Assembly (NCBI GenBank): GCA_963840455.1
Contig: CAWIYV010000007.1
Coordinates: forward strand, 482,838-546,837
Reading direction: 5' to 3'
Length of the DNA stretch: 64,000 nt
Origin: Nitrospirota bacterium
GTDB taxonomy: Bacteria > Nitrospirota > UBA9217
Of this stretch, positions 25,714 to 35,071 are shown piece after piece (the first letter of the stretch is position 1; each line of letters begins with the position of its first letter). Position numbers and translations under genes: made by a program. The notes beneath the pieces were generated by a model that was not told where the DNA came from, did no database searches, and was given only the letters and a program-made list of their open reading frames with translations.

Positions 25714-26988
25714 TTACACTTCGTACCACGTACTTTTTTGATAAACACCCAGGTTGGGGTATCTTTCAAAATCTGGATTGAAACCGGTTATGTCATATCC
25801 AATTATTGAGATCTCAACAGCAGATTCCACTTCATCATCTACACCACCGCCCCGGATCTTGATCCATGGAGTGATGCCATACATGCCCGGCAGGCAATAT
25901 ATCTTGGCTATTTCGCAGAAAAGGACATGCCCCCCTTTTGAGAACCGTGTCGGCAATCCTTCCCACTCGCCAAAAAAATGACTGAACCTTGTTCCGATAA
26001 GGTTGTGAAGGGCAATTCCTATTTCAAGATTAGAAACATCCTCAGAGAGCACAAACTCCAATCTGACCTTTATGCAATCGGAGATTTTGAACTCTGTTGT
26101 CGTCTCATTCTTTGAGTTTAACGTCGTTACACTGGTGATAGAGGAGAACATCCGTGCGCCGCCATGATTACGAATGTCTTCACATTTGTTCTTGGATGTT
26201 TTTGCAGATTCAGTTAAGTACCTGTCGATCCCTTCATGAACATCACCAACAAAATCAACGGACCCATTCTTTAATAAGATGATCCTCGAACAGAGATTGG
26301 AAATGGCGGTCATATTATGACTGACGAACAGGATCGTTCTGCCTTCCTTGCTAACGTCCTCCATTTTGCCGATGCATTTTTTCTGGAACTGGGCATCTCC
26401 CACAGCCAGGACCTCGTCTACGACGAGTATTTCCGGTTCAAGGTGCGCAGCCACGGCGAAGGCAAGGCGTACGTACATGCCGGATGAATAGCGCTTGACC
26501 GGTGTATCAAGAAATTTTTCTATTTCTGCAAAATCGACAATTGCATCGAATTTGTTCTTGATCTCGGCTTTTGTCATGCCGAGAATGGCACCATTGAGAA
26601 ACGTATTCTCTCGTCCGGTCAGTTCCGGATGAAAACCGGTTCCTACCTCCAGTAAACTGGCTACACGACCCTTGAGTGCTACACGGCCTTCCGTGGGCTC
26701 CGTAATCCGGCTGATGACCTTTAGCAGAGTTGACTTGCCGGCACCATTTCTGCCGATGATGCCAACGCGGTCTCCCTTCCTGATCTGAAAAGAGACGTCC
26801 TTCAGCGCCCAGAATTCCTCTCTCGTTGCATCGGGGATATGTGCAGATCTAAAAGGGTGCGAGATCCTTTTGCCCCACCTTTTTGCCGACTCGGCAATGA
26901 CATCACGCAAAGCGACATACCCTGCACTCTTCTGGTGTCTCAGGATATATTTTTTCCCGAGACTATCTACACGGATCACTGTATCCAT
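25714..26988 (-). CDS. wzt: O-antigen/polysaccharide ABC exporter ATP-binding protein Wzt with about 170-aa C-terminal extension
   Basis: Walker A GRNGAGKSTLLK, signature YSSGM, Walker B ILVVDEVLAVGD. About 170 further residues follow the NBD, predicted beta-rich (KISDCIKVRLEFVLSEDVSNLEIGIALHN...). Confidence 0.85.
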   Translation of the reverse strand: MDTVIRVDSLGKKYILRHQKSAGYVALRDVIAESAKRWGKRISHPFRSAHIPDATREEFWALKDVSFQIRKGDRVGIIGRNGAGKSTLLKVISRITEPTEGRVALKGRVASLLEVGTGFHPELTGRENTFLNGAILGMTKAEIKNKFDAIVDFAEIEKFLDTPVKRYSSGMYVRLAFAVAAHLEPEILVVDEVLAVGDAQFQKKCIGKMEDVSKEGRTILFVSHNMTAISNLCSRIILLKNGSVDFVGDVHEGIDRYLTESAKTSKNKCEDIRNHGGARMFSSITSVTTLNSKNETTTEFKISDCIKVRLEFVLSEDVSNLEIGIALHNLIGTRFSHFFGEWEGLPTRFSKGGHVLFCEIAKIYCLPGMYGITPWIKIRGGGVDDEVESAVEISIIGYDITGFNPDFERYPNLGVYQKSTWYEV

Positions 26989-26992
26989 TATC

Positions 26993-27826
26993 CTAAATTA
27001 TGTCGGCAAACTTACGTTCTGTTCGCCGAAAATAACCGACTCCTACAATTAAAATAGCGACGTTCACCAGAAGGGAAATAACAAATCCCGGCACATAGAC
27101 CTTCATGGCTTCACCGAGGATTGCCCAGCGGAAACCGTCTATGACCCCGACCATGGGGTTCAGAGAGTAAACGAGCCGCCACTTTTCAGGGACGATACTG
27201 CTGCTGAAACCCACCGGTGAAATATAAAGGCCGAACTGGACGATAAACGGTACGATGTATCGAAAATCCCTGTACTTAACGTTCAGAGCGGCAAGCAATA
27301 GTCCGAATCCCAGAGAAGCAAAGAGTGCAAGGCCCAGAAAAGGAAGTAACGCAAGAATGCGCCAGCCGGGCATGAGCTGGTACCAAATCATGAGCACAAC
27401 AAGAATAATGAACGATATAAAGAAATCTACCAGACTGACAATGACCGCACTCGTCGGTACAATGAGCCGCGGGAAGTAGACCTTAGACAACATATTGGCG
27501 TTGGCAAGGAGAGAGTTGCTGCTCTCGGACAGAGAATTTGCAAAAAATTGCCACGGAAGCATCGCTGTAAAAACCATTATCGGATAGGGAACGCCGTCCG
27601 ATGGCAATTTGGCAATCTTACCAAATACAATGACGAACACGACCATGGTCAAAAGCGGTCTGACGATGCTCCAGGCTATACCTATGACCGTTTGTTTATA
27701 TCGAACGAGGATGTCTCGCCAGGAAAGAAAATAAAAAAGCTCCCGATAGCGCCATAAATCCTTCCAGTAATGAAGTTCCGTACGGCCCGACTCGATAATG
27801 AGAGTATATTCTGTTTGATCTTTCAT
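26993..27826 (-). CDS. wzm: O-antigen/polysaccharide ABC exporter permease Wzm (ABC-2 type)
   Basis: YRELFYFLSWRDILVRYKQTVIGIAWSIVRPLL motif and 6 predicted TM helices. Adjacent to wzt. Confidence 0.85.
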   Translation of the reverse strand: MKDQTEYTLIIESGRTELHYWKDLWRYRELFYFLSWRDILVRYKQTVIGIAWSIVRPLLTMVVFVIVFGKIAKLPSDGVPYPIMVFTAMLPWQFFANSLSESSNSLLANANMLSKVYFPRLIVPTSAVIVSLVDFFISFIILVVLMIWYQLMPGWRILALLPFLGLALFASLGFGLLLAALNVKYRDFRYIVPFIVQFGLYISPVGFSSSIVPEKWRLVYSLNPMVGVIDGFRWAILGEAMKVYVPGFVISLLVNVAILIVGVGYFRRTERKFADII

Positions 27827-27830
27827 ACGT

Positions 27831-28778
27831 TTAACTATGATTATCTGAAAGCTTCATAAAAGCGTTGTAGGTGAGCAGAATACCTTCTTCAAGCGTAACC
27901 CGTGCTTTCCACCCAAGGCTGTTAATTCGGGACACATCGAGCAACTTTTTGGGTGTCCCATCCGGCTTTGTCCGGTCATAGATAACATCACCGCTGAAAC
28001 CGATTATCTTTCTTACGAGCAGCGCAACATCGCGGATCATGATGTCCTTACCCGTGCCGATATTGATGAACTCGCCGATCTGTGGGTACGCGTACCGTTC
28101 CATCAGGAACAGGCATGCATCGGCCAGGTCATCGACGAACAGGAGCTCCCGGAAGGGGCTCCCGCTCCCCCAGACCGTGACGGATGGACGGCCCGCGGCC
28201 TTCGCCTCGTGGAATTTCCGGAGCAGTGCCGGCACGACGTGCGATGTTTCGAGGTCAAAATTATCGCCCGGCCCGTAAACGTTGGTCGGCATGACAGAGA
28301 TGAAGTTCGTGCCGTACTGTTCGTTGTAGTACCGGCACAATTTGATTGCCGCGATCTTTGCCACCGCATAGGGCTCGTTCGTTGGCTCGAGCGGGCCCGT
28401 CAGCAGATACTCCTCTTTCATGGGCTGGGGGGCGAACTTGGGATAGATGCACGATGAGCCGAGGTTGAGCAGTTTCTTGACGCCGGTGCGATAGGAAGCC
28501 TCGATCACGTTCGCCGCGATCATGATGTTGTTGTAGATGAACTCTGCCTTGAAGGTGCTGTTCGCGAGTATCCCGCCGACCTTTGCGGCCGCGAGGAAAA
28601 CATAGTCCGGACGTTCCCGTGCAAAAAAAGCCTCAACATCGGCCTGCCGCCGAAGATCGAGCTCCTTGCTCGTCTTGAGGACGAGATTGGAATATCCTTC
28701 TTCCCGGAGGCGCTTCACCAGGGCGGAGCCGACCAGGCCCCGGTGTCCGGCCACGTAGATCTTCGACCCTTTATCCAT
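27831..28778 (-). CDS. fcl: GDP-L-fucose synthase (GDP-4-keto-6-deoxymannose 3,5-epimerase/4-reductase)
   Basis: [15 protein letters not shown]...[12 protein letters not shown]...[17 protein letters not shown]...[13 protein letters not shown]...MPTNVYGP. Co-linear with E. coli Fcl as I recall it. Confidence 0.9.
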   Translation of the reverse strand: MDKGSKIYVAGHRGLVGSALVKRLREEGYSNLVLKTSKELDLRRQADVEAFFARERPDYVFLAAAKVGGILANSTFKAEFIYNNIMIAANVIEASYRTGVKKLLNLGSSCIYPKFAPQPMKEEYLLTGPLEPTNEPYAVAKIAAIKLCRYYNEQYGTNFISVMPTNVYGPGDNFDLETSHVVPALLRKFHEAKAAGRPSVTVWGSGSPFRELLFVDDLADACLFLMERYAYPQIGEFINIGTGKDIMIRDVALLVRKIIGFSGDVIYDRTKPDGTPKKLLDVSRINSLGWKARVTLEEGILLTYNAFMKLSDNHS

Positions 28779-29820
28779 GCGCCCGCTTCTCGCGTTCCGC
28801 TAGCTGCAGGTCCGCGTCGACCATCATATTGATAAGCACCTCGAACGTGACCTTGGGCTCCCATCCCAGCTTCTGCTTCGCCTTCGCCGGGTCTCCGAGG
28901 AGCAGGTCCACCTCGGTGGGGCGGAAGTACTTCGGATCGATCTCGATGATGATCTTACCGGTCTTCGTGCAGATCCCCTTCTCGTGCACGCCCGTCCCCT
29001 GCCAGGCGAGCTGCATGCCCAGGCGCGCGAAGGCCTTCTCCGCGAACTCGCGGACCGAGTGTGTCTCGCCGGTGGCAATGACGTAATCTTCCGGCTCCGG
29101 CTGCTGCAGTATGAGCCACATGAGCTCGACGTAATCGCCGGCATAGCCCCAGTCGCGCTTGGCGTCCAGGTTGCCGAGGTACAGGCAGGGCTGCATCCCG
29201 AGCTTGATCCGCGCAGCGGCGCGCGTGATCTTCCTGGTCACGAAGGTCTCGCCGCGGCGCGGGGACTCGTGGTTGAACAGGATGCCGTTGCAGGCGAAGA
29301 GGTTGTAGCTTTCCCGGTAGTTCACGGTGATATAGTAGGCGTAAGCCTTGGCGCAGGCATAGGGCGACCGCGGGTAGAACGGTGTGGTCTCTCGCTGCGG
29401 AGTCTCCACGACCTTGCCGAAGAGCTCCGAAGACGAGGCCTGATAGAACTTCGTGTTCAGGGCTGTTTCGCGGATGGCTTCCAGGATGCGCACCGTGCCG
29501 AGCGCGTCCACCTCGCCGGTGTACTCGGGTACGTCGAAGGACACGCGGACGTGGCTCTGGGCGCCCAGATTGTAGATCTCATCGGGCTTCACCTCGCGCA
29601 GCACCCGGTTCAGGGAGCTCGCGTCATTCAGATCCCCGTAATGAAGCAGCAGACGTACCCCTGTCTCGTGCGGATCGCGGTAGATATGGTCGATCCGTCC
29701 CGTATTGAAGGACGAGGACCTGCGGATGAGACCGTGGACCTCATAGCCTTTTTTCATCAGCAGCTCGGCAAGGTAAGAACCGTCCTGGCCGGTTATTCCC
29801 GTGATAAATGCGCGCTTCAT
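28771..29820 (-). CDS. gmd: GDP-mannose 4,6-dehydratase
   Basis: [21 protein letters not shown]...YNLGAQSHV...[21 protein letters not shown]...[12 protein letters not shown]. Confidence 0.95.
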   Translation of the reverse strand: MKRAFITGITGQDGSYLAELLMKKGYEVHGLIRRSSSFNTGRIDHIYRDPHETGVRLLLHYGDLNDASSLNRVLREVKPDEIYNLGAQSHVRVSFDVPEYTGEVDALGTVRILEAIRETALNTKFYQASSSELFGKVVETPQRETTPFYPRSPYACAKAYAYYITVNYRESYNLFACNGILFNHESPRRGETFVTRKITRAAARIKLGMQPCLYLGNLDAKRDWGYAGDYVELMWLILQQPEPEDYVIATGETHSVREFAEKAFARLGMQLAWQGTGVHEKGICTKTGKIIIEIDPKYFRPTEVDLLLGDPAKAKQKLGWEPKVTFEVLINMMVDADLQLAEREKRAHG

Positions 29821-29862
29821 CGCCGTTAGTACTCCTCTTTGTGCTGAAAAATCAATCAGTTC

Positions 29863-29891
29863 AATATAAATTATCTCGAGGCAGGTGTCAA
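29863..29891 (-). promoter_or_regulatory. Sigma70-like promoter upstream of gmd: TTGACA-17 nt-TATATT
   Basis: Minus strand reads cccTTGACAcctgcctcgagataattTATATTga. The -35 begins 5 nt after the ligase-family stop codon. AAAGAGGAG and the gmd ATG follow downstream. Confidence 0.55.
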
Positions 29892-29895
29892 GGGA

Positions 29896-31170
29896 TTATC
29901 GGCTTGTCAGTGCGGATTTTACGCTTTCTCGCACACAAATGCCCATGATGAACGCGAAGGTGTACCGGAGCAGGAAGATGTTGAACAGGGAATCGGTAAG
30001 ACCGGCGACGAGATAGTGGACGGCCACGGCCGCGGCAAGGAACCGGAACTGCTTCTGACCGGGTTGGGCTTCTCTGAGCGGCAGGGAGAGGACCAGAACC
30101 CGTGAGAAGAGAAAAAGCAACGCTGCAAGGCCGAGGAGGCCATTCGTGGCCAGTGCGAAGAGGTACATGTTGTGCGGTTGGTTGAATCCCAGGATCCGCT
30201 CGGGCACGGTCCCGGCAGCGACATATTCACGCATGGTGGCCATATAATCGCCTGTACCCACCCCCATCAGGGGGTTTGAAAGGAACATGCTGAACGCCGC
30301 CTTCCACATGACGAACCGGTCTCCCACGTTGGAGAAGGTCTCTCCGCGCGTGTAGAGCGCAATGTCGCTGAAGATGCTGTTGACCCTGCTCTGGACAATG
30401 GCGCTGAACTGATAGGCCAGCAGGCATCCCGCGATCATGGTGGCAAGGGCGAGCAGGAACCACCGCTTTGTCCTCGCCAGCAGATAGCTCAGCACGATGC
30501 CGGCGGCGAACAGGCCGAACCAGGCGGTCCGGGAGAGCGAAAAGAGGATGGAAAAGACCGCGAAGCCCAGGAAGACCGCGAGGAAGATCCGCAGAGCGCG
30601 GTTGCTCTTCACCATCCCGGAGAACAGGAACGATAGGGCCGCGTAGAGGCCCACGGCGTTCAGATTGGAGAACCAGATGTGATGGACATTCATCGGATAC
30701 ACCGGCAGCGTGAATTTCCTCTGGCCGATGATGCCGAGATAGGTAAGCGCCGCGATGCCGTCGAGGAGTAGCACCCCGGCGATGAACACCAGCAGGGCGG
30801 TCTCTGCAGTCCGGGAATCGCTGGGACCGCTGTCAGCAGCGTCGACCAGGACCGCGATCACCAGATAGGCAAGCGGCAGGGTAGCGAGCTTGTTCACGAT
30901 ACCAAGGCCGTCGGAGAGATGTTCCGTCAGGAAAAGGCCTGCGATCGCAACGCCGACGGGAAGAAGGACCGGAACAAGGAGCGGCTGGTCCAGGAAGTGT
31001 TTCAGCTCGGCACGGTATGCTCCTTTCGCGATAGCCAGCGAGAAGAGGTACAGCGCGGCAATGCCGACCAGGACCGTTACCGCGCTCTTGGAGAGCGGAA
31101 GGAAGAGCGCGAAGAGCAGCAGGATAACGGTCATCGGCTTTCGCTGGTCCAGGATGAGCGGTGCGATCAT
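29896..31170 (-). CDS. O-antigen ligase family protein (Wzy_C domain; WaaL-type ligase or Wzy-type polymerase)
   Basis: 424 codons with about 10-12 TM helices. Periplasmic-loop motif region SLSRTAWFG and NQPHNMYLFALATNGLLG. Confidence 0.7.
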   Translation of the reverse strand: MIAPLILDQRKPMTVILLLFALFLPLSKSAVTVLVGIAALYLFSLAIAKGAYRAELKHFLDQPLLVPVLLPVGVAIAGLFLTEHLSDGLGIVNKLATLPLAYLVIAVLVDAADSGPSDSRTAETALLVFIAGVLLLDGIAALTYLGIIGQRKFTLPVYPMNVHHIWFSNLNAVGLYAALSFLFSGMVKSNRALRIFLAVFLGFAVFSILFSLSRTAWFGLFAAGIVLSYLLARTKRWFLLALATMIAGCLLAYQFSAIVQSRVNSIFSDIALYTRGETFSNVGDRFVMWKAAFSMFLSNPLMGVGTGDYMATMREYVAAGTVPERILGFNQPHNMYLFALATNGLLGLAALLFLFSRVLVLSLPLREAQPGQKQFRFLAAAVAVHYLVAGLTDSLFNIFLLRYTFAFIMGICVRESVKSALTSR

Positions 31171-32267
31171 CGGCCCCTCCCGGTGAGCAATGACCGGAAA
31201 TACCGTTCATAGTCGTCGACCATGCGCTGGCGGTTGAACCGTTCGAGGATCCATCGGGACGCGGCACCGGACAGGGACCGGTCCTTTCCGGCATTCTCCA
31301 TAAACCTGATGACCACATCTGCCATCTCCCGGGGCCCGCCGTCCACCGCGAAGCCCGCAGGGCTTCCCTCGACTGCGTCCCGGATGCCGCCGGCATTGTA
31401 GACGACCATTGGCAGGCCCGTGGCCATGGCCTCGAGCGCCCAGATCCCAAAGCCCTCATTCCGGTGCGTACTGACAGCTACATCGATGTCGCCATAGAAC
31501 GCCAGCATGTCGTCCTTGGAGAGGCGTCCTGTCCACAGCACTGCATCGGTCAGGCCGAGCGCTGCGGCGCGCGCCTTGAACGCCCTGACCGGGGAGGAAC
31601 CGGTGTCTTCGGCCACGAGAACGAAGCGCGTCCCCGGCAGCGCGCGCCGGACCTCGACGAGGGCGTCAAGGAACTCTATCTGGTTCTTCCAAAGGTCGCC
31701 CACCGTGCCGATGATTCTGACATCCTGCGGCAGGCCGAAGCGGGTATGCAGCCATCCAGTTTTGGACCGAAAGGGCTTGAACGTATCCAGGTCAATGCCG
31801 TAATAGATGACCGAGGTCCGGGGGGCGAGGGCCGGATCGAAGGTCGTGAGGCGGTCGCGGATATACCGGGAGATGGTTACGAGGGCGTGCATGCGCCGCA
31901 GGAGGAACCGTGACCGGATGAATTCAGGAACCTGCGGCGTATACAGGAGGACCGGTCTAGTGCCGGAGAGGCGGGCGCCCAGCCAGGACTGGATGATGTC
32001 ATGCCCGCGCTGGATATCGATGATCTCATATCCACCCTTCCTGATTATTCCGGCGGTCTTAAAAATCGCACCTGCAGCATCGATCCCCGAACGACTGACA
32101 GGATGAAGAATGATGTCGCTGTCCTTGAAAATTTCAATGAGCGGCGTATCGGGTCGGCAGATCAGCCCGACCGTCATGCCTTTGGCAGCCAGTCCCGGCA
32201 GGAGTTCGCGCAGGAACTCTTCTCCCCCGCCCCTCTTGCGGAAATTGTTGACAAATAGGATCTTCAT
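31167..32267 (-). CDS. Glycosyltransferase, GT-B fold (family 4 / group 1), probable LPS core
   Basis: MKILFVNNFRKRGGGEEF N-terminus and C-terminal STHRNEGFGIWALEAMATGLPMVVYNAGG. Confidence 0.8.
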   Translation of the reverse strand: MKILFVNNFRKRGGGEEFLRELLPGLAAKGMTVGLICRPDTPLIEIFKDSDIILHPVSRSGIDAAGAIFKTAGIIRKGGYEIIDIQRGHDIIQSWLGARLSGTRPVLLYTPQVPEFIRSRFLLRRMHALVTISRYIRDRLTTFDPALAPRTSVIYYGIDLDTFKPFRSKTGWLHTRFGLPQDVRIIGTVGDLWKNQIEFLDALVEVRRALPGTRFVLVAEDTGSSPVRAFKARAAALGLTDAVLWTGRLSKDDMLAFYGDIDVAVSTHRNEGFGIWALEAMATGLPMVVYNAGGIRDAVEGSPAGFAVDGGPREMADVVIRFMENAGKDRSLSGAASRWILERFNRQRMVDDYERYFRSLLTGRGR

Positions 32268-32311
32268 CTGTTTCGGTGCTGAGAGACCTCTGACCTTAGG
32301 TTTTTTGCCGG

Positions 32312-33172
32312 TTACTGAAGCTTATGAATTCCATTTTTGCAATATGCTTCCTTGTTCTCGATCCTTCTTTTCTTGATCGCTGCGTTAAATTTAAATTTAT
32401 CCGTTGTCATGTCCCACGTTCCGGGATGATACAGATGAAAAACAATTGCCAGGTTCCTGACCGACCTGATGAACCCGCCGTGATTTATTACCCGTATGCC
32501 GAGATCGGCATCTTCATCACCGAATCCCAGAAAATCCTCATCGTAGCCGTTGATATCCATGAATAGTTTTTTATATAAGCTGCAATTGCAGCCGATGACC
32601 GAGGTTTCGGGTTTTATGCGTTCCTTTTTCAGCAATATTCTCAGCAGACCATTGCGGATCACAAACGCCTCCTGGGCGTGGTGGGACCTATGAGCCAAGA
32701 AATCCATCAGTAATTCAAAATTGAGCTCATTGACAGCAGTTCCGTTCTCAAGGAATTTCTCGGTCAATTCTTTTCCTATCTGGACGCGTTGCCCCGCAAG
32801 AATGGCGCGCGGATCGCTTCGCTCAAGGTGCGCCTGCAGGCAATGCCGGTGCACCGTGCAGTCACCGTCGGTGAAAAACAGGTAATCGCCGGTTGACCGT
32901 CGAACCGCTTCATTTACGACCCGCTGCTTTCTGCAGCCTTCGTGCTCCTGCCTCACATGCACGATGGGAAAAACCTGCTTGAGGGATGCTTGCATCTCCG
33001 ATACGGTATCAATCGTTTCCGCGGCGCTTCCGTCATCTGCGATCAGGACTTCAGAGGGAAGCACACTGGAAGCAGCAAGGCTCATGATGCAGAGCCTGAG
33101 ATGCCGCGGCCTGTTATACGTAGCTACGATGACCGACGTTTTCATAAGAAATGGGTCCTTTCTCAAAATCAT
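32312..33172 (-). CDS. Glycosyltransferase family 2 (GT-A), probable LPS core
   Basis: SVIVATYNRPRHL, LIADDGS, FFTDGDC motifs. Alternative ATG at 33145. Confidence 0.8.
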   Translation of the reverse strand: MILRKDPFLMKTSVIVATYNRPRHLRLCIMSLAASSVLPSEVLIADDGSAAETIDTVSEMQASLKQVFPIVHVRQEHEGCRKQRVVNEAVRRSTGDYLFFTDGDCTVHRHCLQAHLERSDPRAILAGQRVQIGKELTEKFLENGTAVNELNFELLMDFLAHRSHHAQEAFVIRNGLLRILLKKERIKPETSVIGCNCSLYKKLFMDINGYDEDFLGFGDEDADLGIRVINHGGFIRSVRNLAIVFHLYHPGTWDMTTDKFKFNAAIKKRRIENKEAYCKNGIHKLQ

Positions 33173-33231
33173 GTTTCATCATGCCTTTATTCTCGTGGCA
33201 ATGCGCATAGAGCATCGGGCATGGAGCCTCC

Positions 33232-34005
33232 TTATGGTACTTTCTGCCCTCTGCTGTTGTGCTCCCACGCCTTTGCATATTTGGCGAACACGTAATAGGC
33301 GTGGAAAATATTCAGCACCAGTCCATGCTTGCCGTCCAGGAACCCGAGCCTGAAGATGTATTTAAAGACGAACGTAAAGAGCGGCCGCAGCAGGATATTG
33401 ATCCATCCCGCCTTGAACGGAGGAATTCCTCGTTGTGACATTACCGTTACGGCAAGGGAAGAATACTTGTTGATGGATGCCATATACAAGCCAAGGTCCG
33501 GGTAGGCGTAATGTTCGATGGCGTAGCCGGTCCTGCCGATCGTTCCCTGGACCTTGATCGATTCGTGTACCGCACGTTCTTCGAACCGTCCCTTGCCCTT
33601 CCGGAACAGCCTCAGGTTATAGTCCGGATACCAGCCGCCGTGCTTGATCCATTTACCGAGAAAAAAGGTCTTCCTTGGGACCTGGTAGCCGTCGTTAGCG
33701 CCGGGGGATGCTATGATCTCTCGTATCTCGGCGGCAAGTTCCGGCTCCACCGGTTCGTCGGCGTCCAGGCTCAGGACCCAGTCTCCGGTCGCCTTGTCGA
33801 TGGCCGCGTTCTTCTGCCTGCCGAAACCGAGCCAGTCCTGATGGTATACCTTGTCGGTGAACTCGCGGCAGATCTCCACGGTCCTGTCCGTGCTGCCTGA
33901 GTCGAGCACAATGATCTCGTCAGCCCATTGCACGCTCTCCAGCGTCCGTCTGATGTTGGCCTCTTCATTCAGCGTGATGATCGTTATGGATAATCTTGCG
34001 CTCAT
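33232..34005 (-). CDS. Glycosyltransferase family 2 (WaaE/KdtX-like LPS core transferase)
   Basis: LSITIITLNEEANIRRTLESVQWADEIIVLDSGSTDRTVEI and SLDADE motifs. Confidence 0.85.
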   Translation of the reverse strand: MSARLSITIITLNEEANIRRTLESVQWADEIIVLDSGSTDRTVEICREFTDKVYHQDWLGFGRQKNAAIDKATGDWVLSLDADEPVEPELAAEIREIIASPGANDGYQVPRKTFFLGKWIKHGGWYPDYNLRLFRKGKGRFEERAVHESIKVQGTIGRTGYAIEHYAYPDLGLYMASINKYSSLAVTVMSQRGIPPFKAGWINILLRPLFTFVFKYIFRLGFLDGKHGLVLNIFHAYYVFAKYAKAWEHNSRGQKVP

Positions 34006-34006
34006 A

Positions 34007-35071
34007 TCATGATCCCTGTCTCCGTGCAGAAACCGCTAGCAGTGACCTCTCCACCGCCTCAAGCGCCTCGGCCGTATTGATCCGGTCCATGCACTGGTGA
34101 TCAACGCACTTGTGCGGTTTGCAGGGATGGCATGCGAGGTATTTCGAAACGATTGCATGACCGCTTCCCCAGGGGCCCCATTTACGCTCGTCAGTCGGGC
34201 CGAACAGCGCCACGACCGGAACGCCCGCCGCTGCAGCCATGTGCATGGGCCCCGAGTCGACACCGAAGAAGAGATCGCAGGCGCGGTAGACCGCAATGTT
34301 CTCGCGCACCGACGTGATCCCGCAGAGATTAAGCCCGCCGAAGGGCCCCTGTTGCTCGATCTCCTCATAGAGACGGGAATCTCCTTTCGCGCCAGTATAG
34401 ACGAACCGGGCCCGGTGTTTTTCCCTGAGCTCGCGCATGATCGTCGCGAACCGATCGAGAGGCCACTGCTTTGCCGCAAGGCTTGCGGCAGCATGAATGA
34501 CGACCTTCAGGTCCCCCTGCTTCCAGCCGGCGCTTTCGAACAGCTCCGCAGCGCGTCGTTCCTGCTCCGGCGTTGTCCAGAGCTCAAGATCTGTTGATCC
34601 GATGGGAATATCGAGTGACCGCAGGCAGTCCAGGAAGTTCTCCACCTCGTGCTGGTCATGGCGATAGACCACCGGGTCGGTGAGCAGGAACTGCCGTCCT
34701 TCCGTGGCGAATCCGATCCTGCGCGGGACCCGGGCCGCCCAGACCAGGAGCGCGCTCGAGAGCGACCGTTTGAGCACGAACACCGCGTCGTACCGCTCCC
34801 TGCGGATCAGGGAACCGTAGTGGATGTACGCGCCAAGCCTGCCCCGGTCCGACCGGGTGCTGTATTTGTGGATGGTCTTCAGCTCGAAAGGAATGATGCG
34901 GTCAACATACGGACATCCCTCGATCACCTGACCGGAAAAAGGCTCGAGCATCAGATCGATCCGGGCATCGGGAAAAGCTGCCCGCAGATTTCTGAGGAAC
35001 GGCACAGTGAGCACCGTGTCACCAATGAACCGGTAGCGCATGACCAGGATCTTCTTGGCTTCGAGCTTCAT
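34007..35071 (-). CDS. Glycosyltransferase family 9 (LPS heptosyltransferase-type)
   Basis: KILVMRYRFIGDTVLTVPFLRNLR N-terminus and C-terminal DSGPMHMAAAAGVPVVALFGPT. Confidence 0.85.
   Translation of the reverse strand: MKLEAKKILVMRYRFIGDTVLTVPFLRNLRAAFPDARIDLMLEPFSGQVIEGCPYVDRIIPFELKTIHKYSTRSDRGRLGAYIHYGSLIRRERYDAVFVLKRSLSSALLVWAARVPRRIGFATEGRQFLLTDPVVYRHDQHEVENFLDCLRSLDIPIGSTDLELWTTPEQERRAAELFESAGWKQGDLKVVIHAAASLAAKQWPLDRFATIMRELREKHRARFVYTGAKGDSRLYEEIEQQGPFGGLNLCGITSVRENIAVYRACDLFFGVDSGPMHMAAAAGVPVVALFGPTDERKWGPWGSGHAIVSKYLACHPCKPHKCVDHQCMDRINTAEALEAVERSLLAVSARRQGS

Noticed and set aside
2657-28140. Low-GC block as a mobile genomic island
   Set aside because: I found no integrase, transposase, tRNA attachment site or flanking direct repeats on either strand. 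The pattern fits recombinational replacement of a glycan locus better than a self-mobile element.
32268-32311. Hairpin plus T-run (gACCTctgaccttAGGTttttt) read on the + strand
   Set aside because: The stem is only 4-5 bp, and the T-run is on the + strand, where no gene is transcribed. On the coding (minus) strand it gives an A-run, so it is not a terminator.
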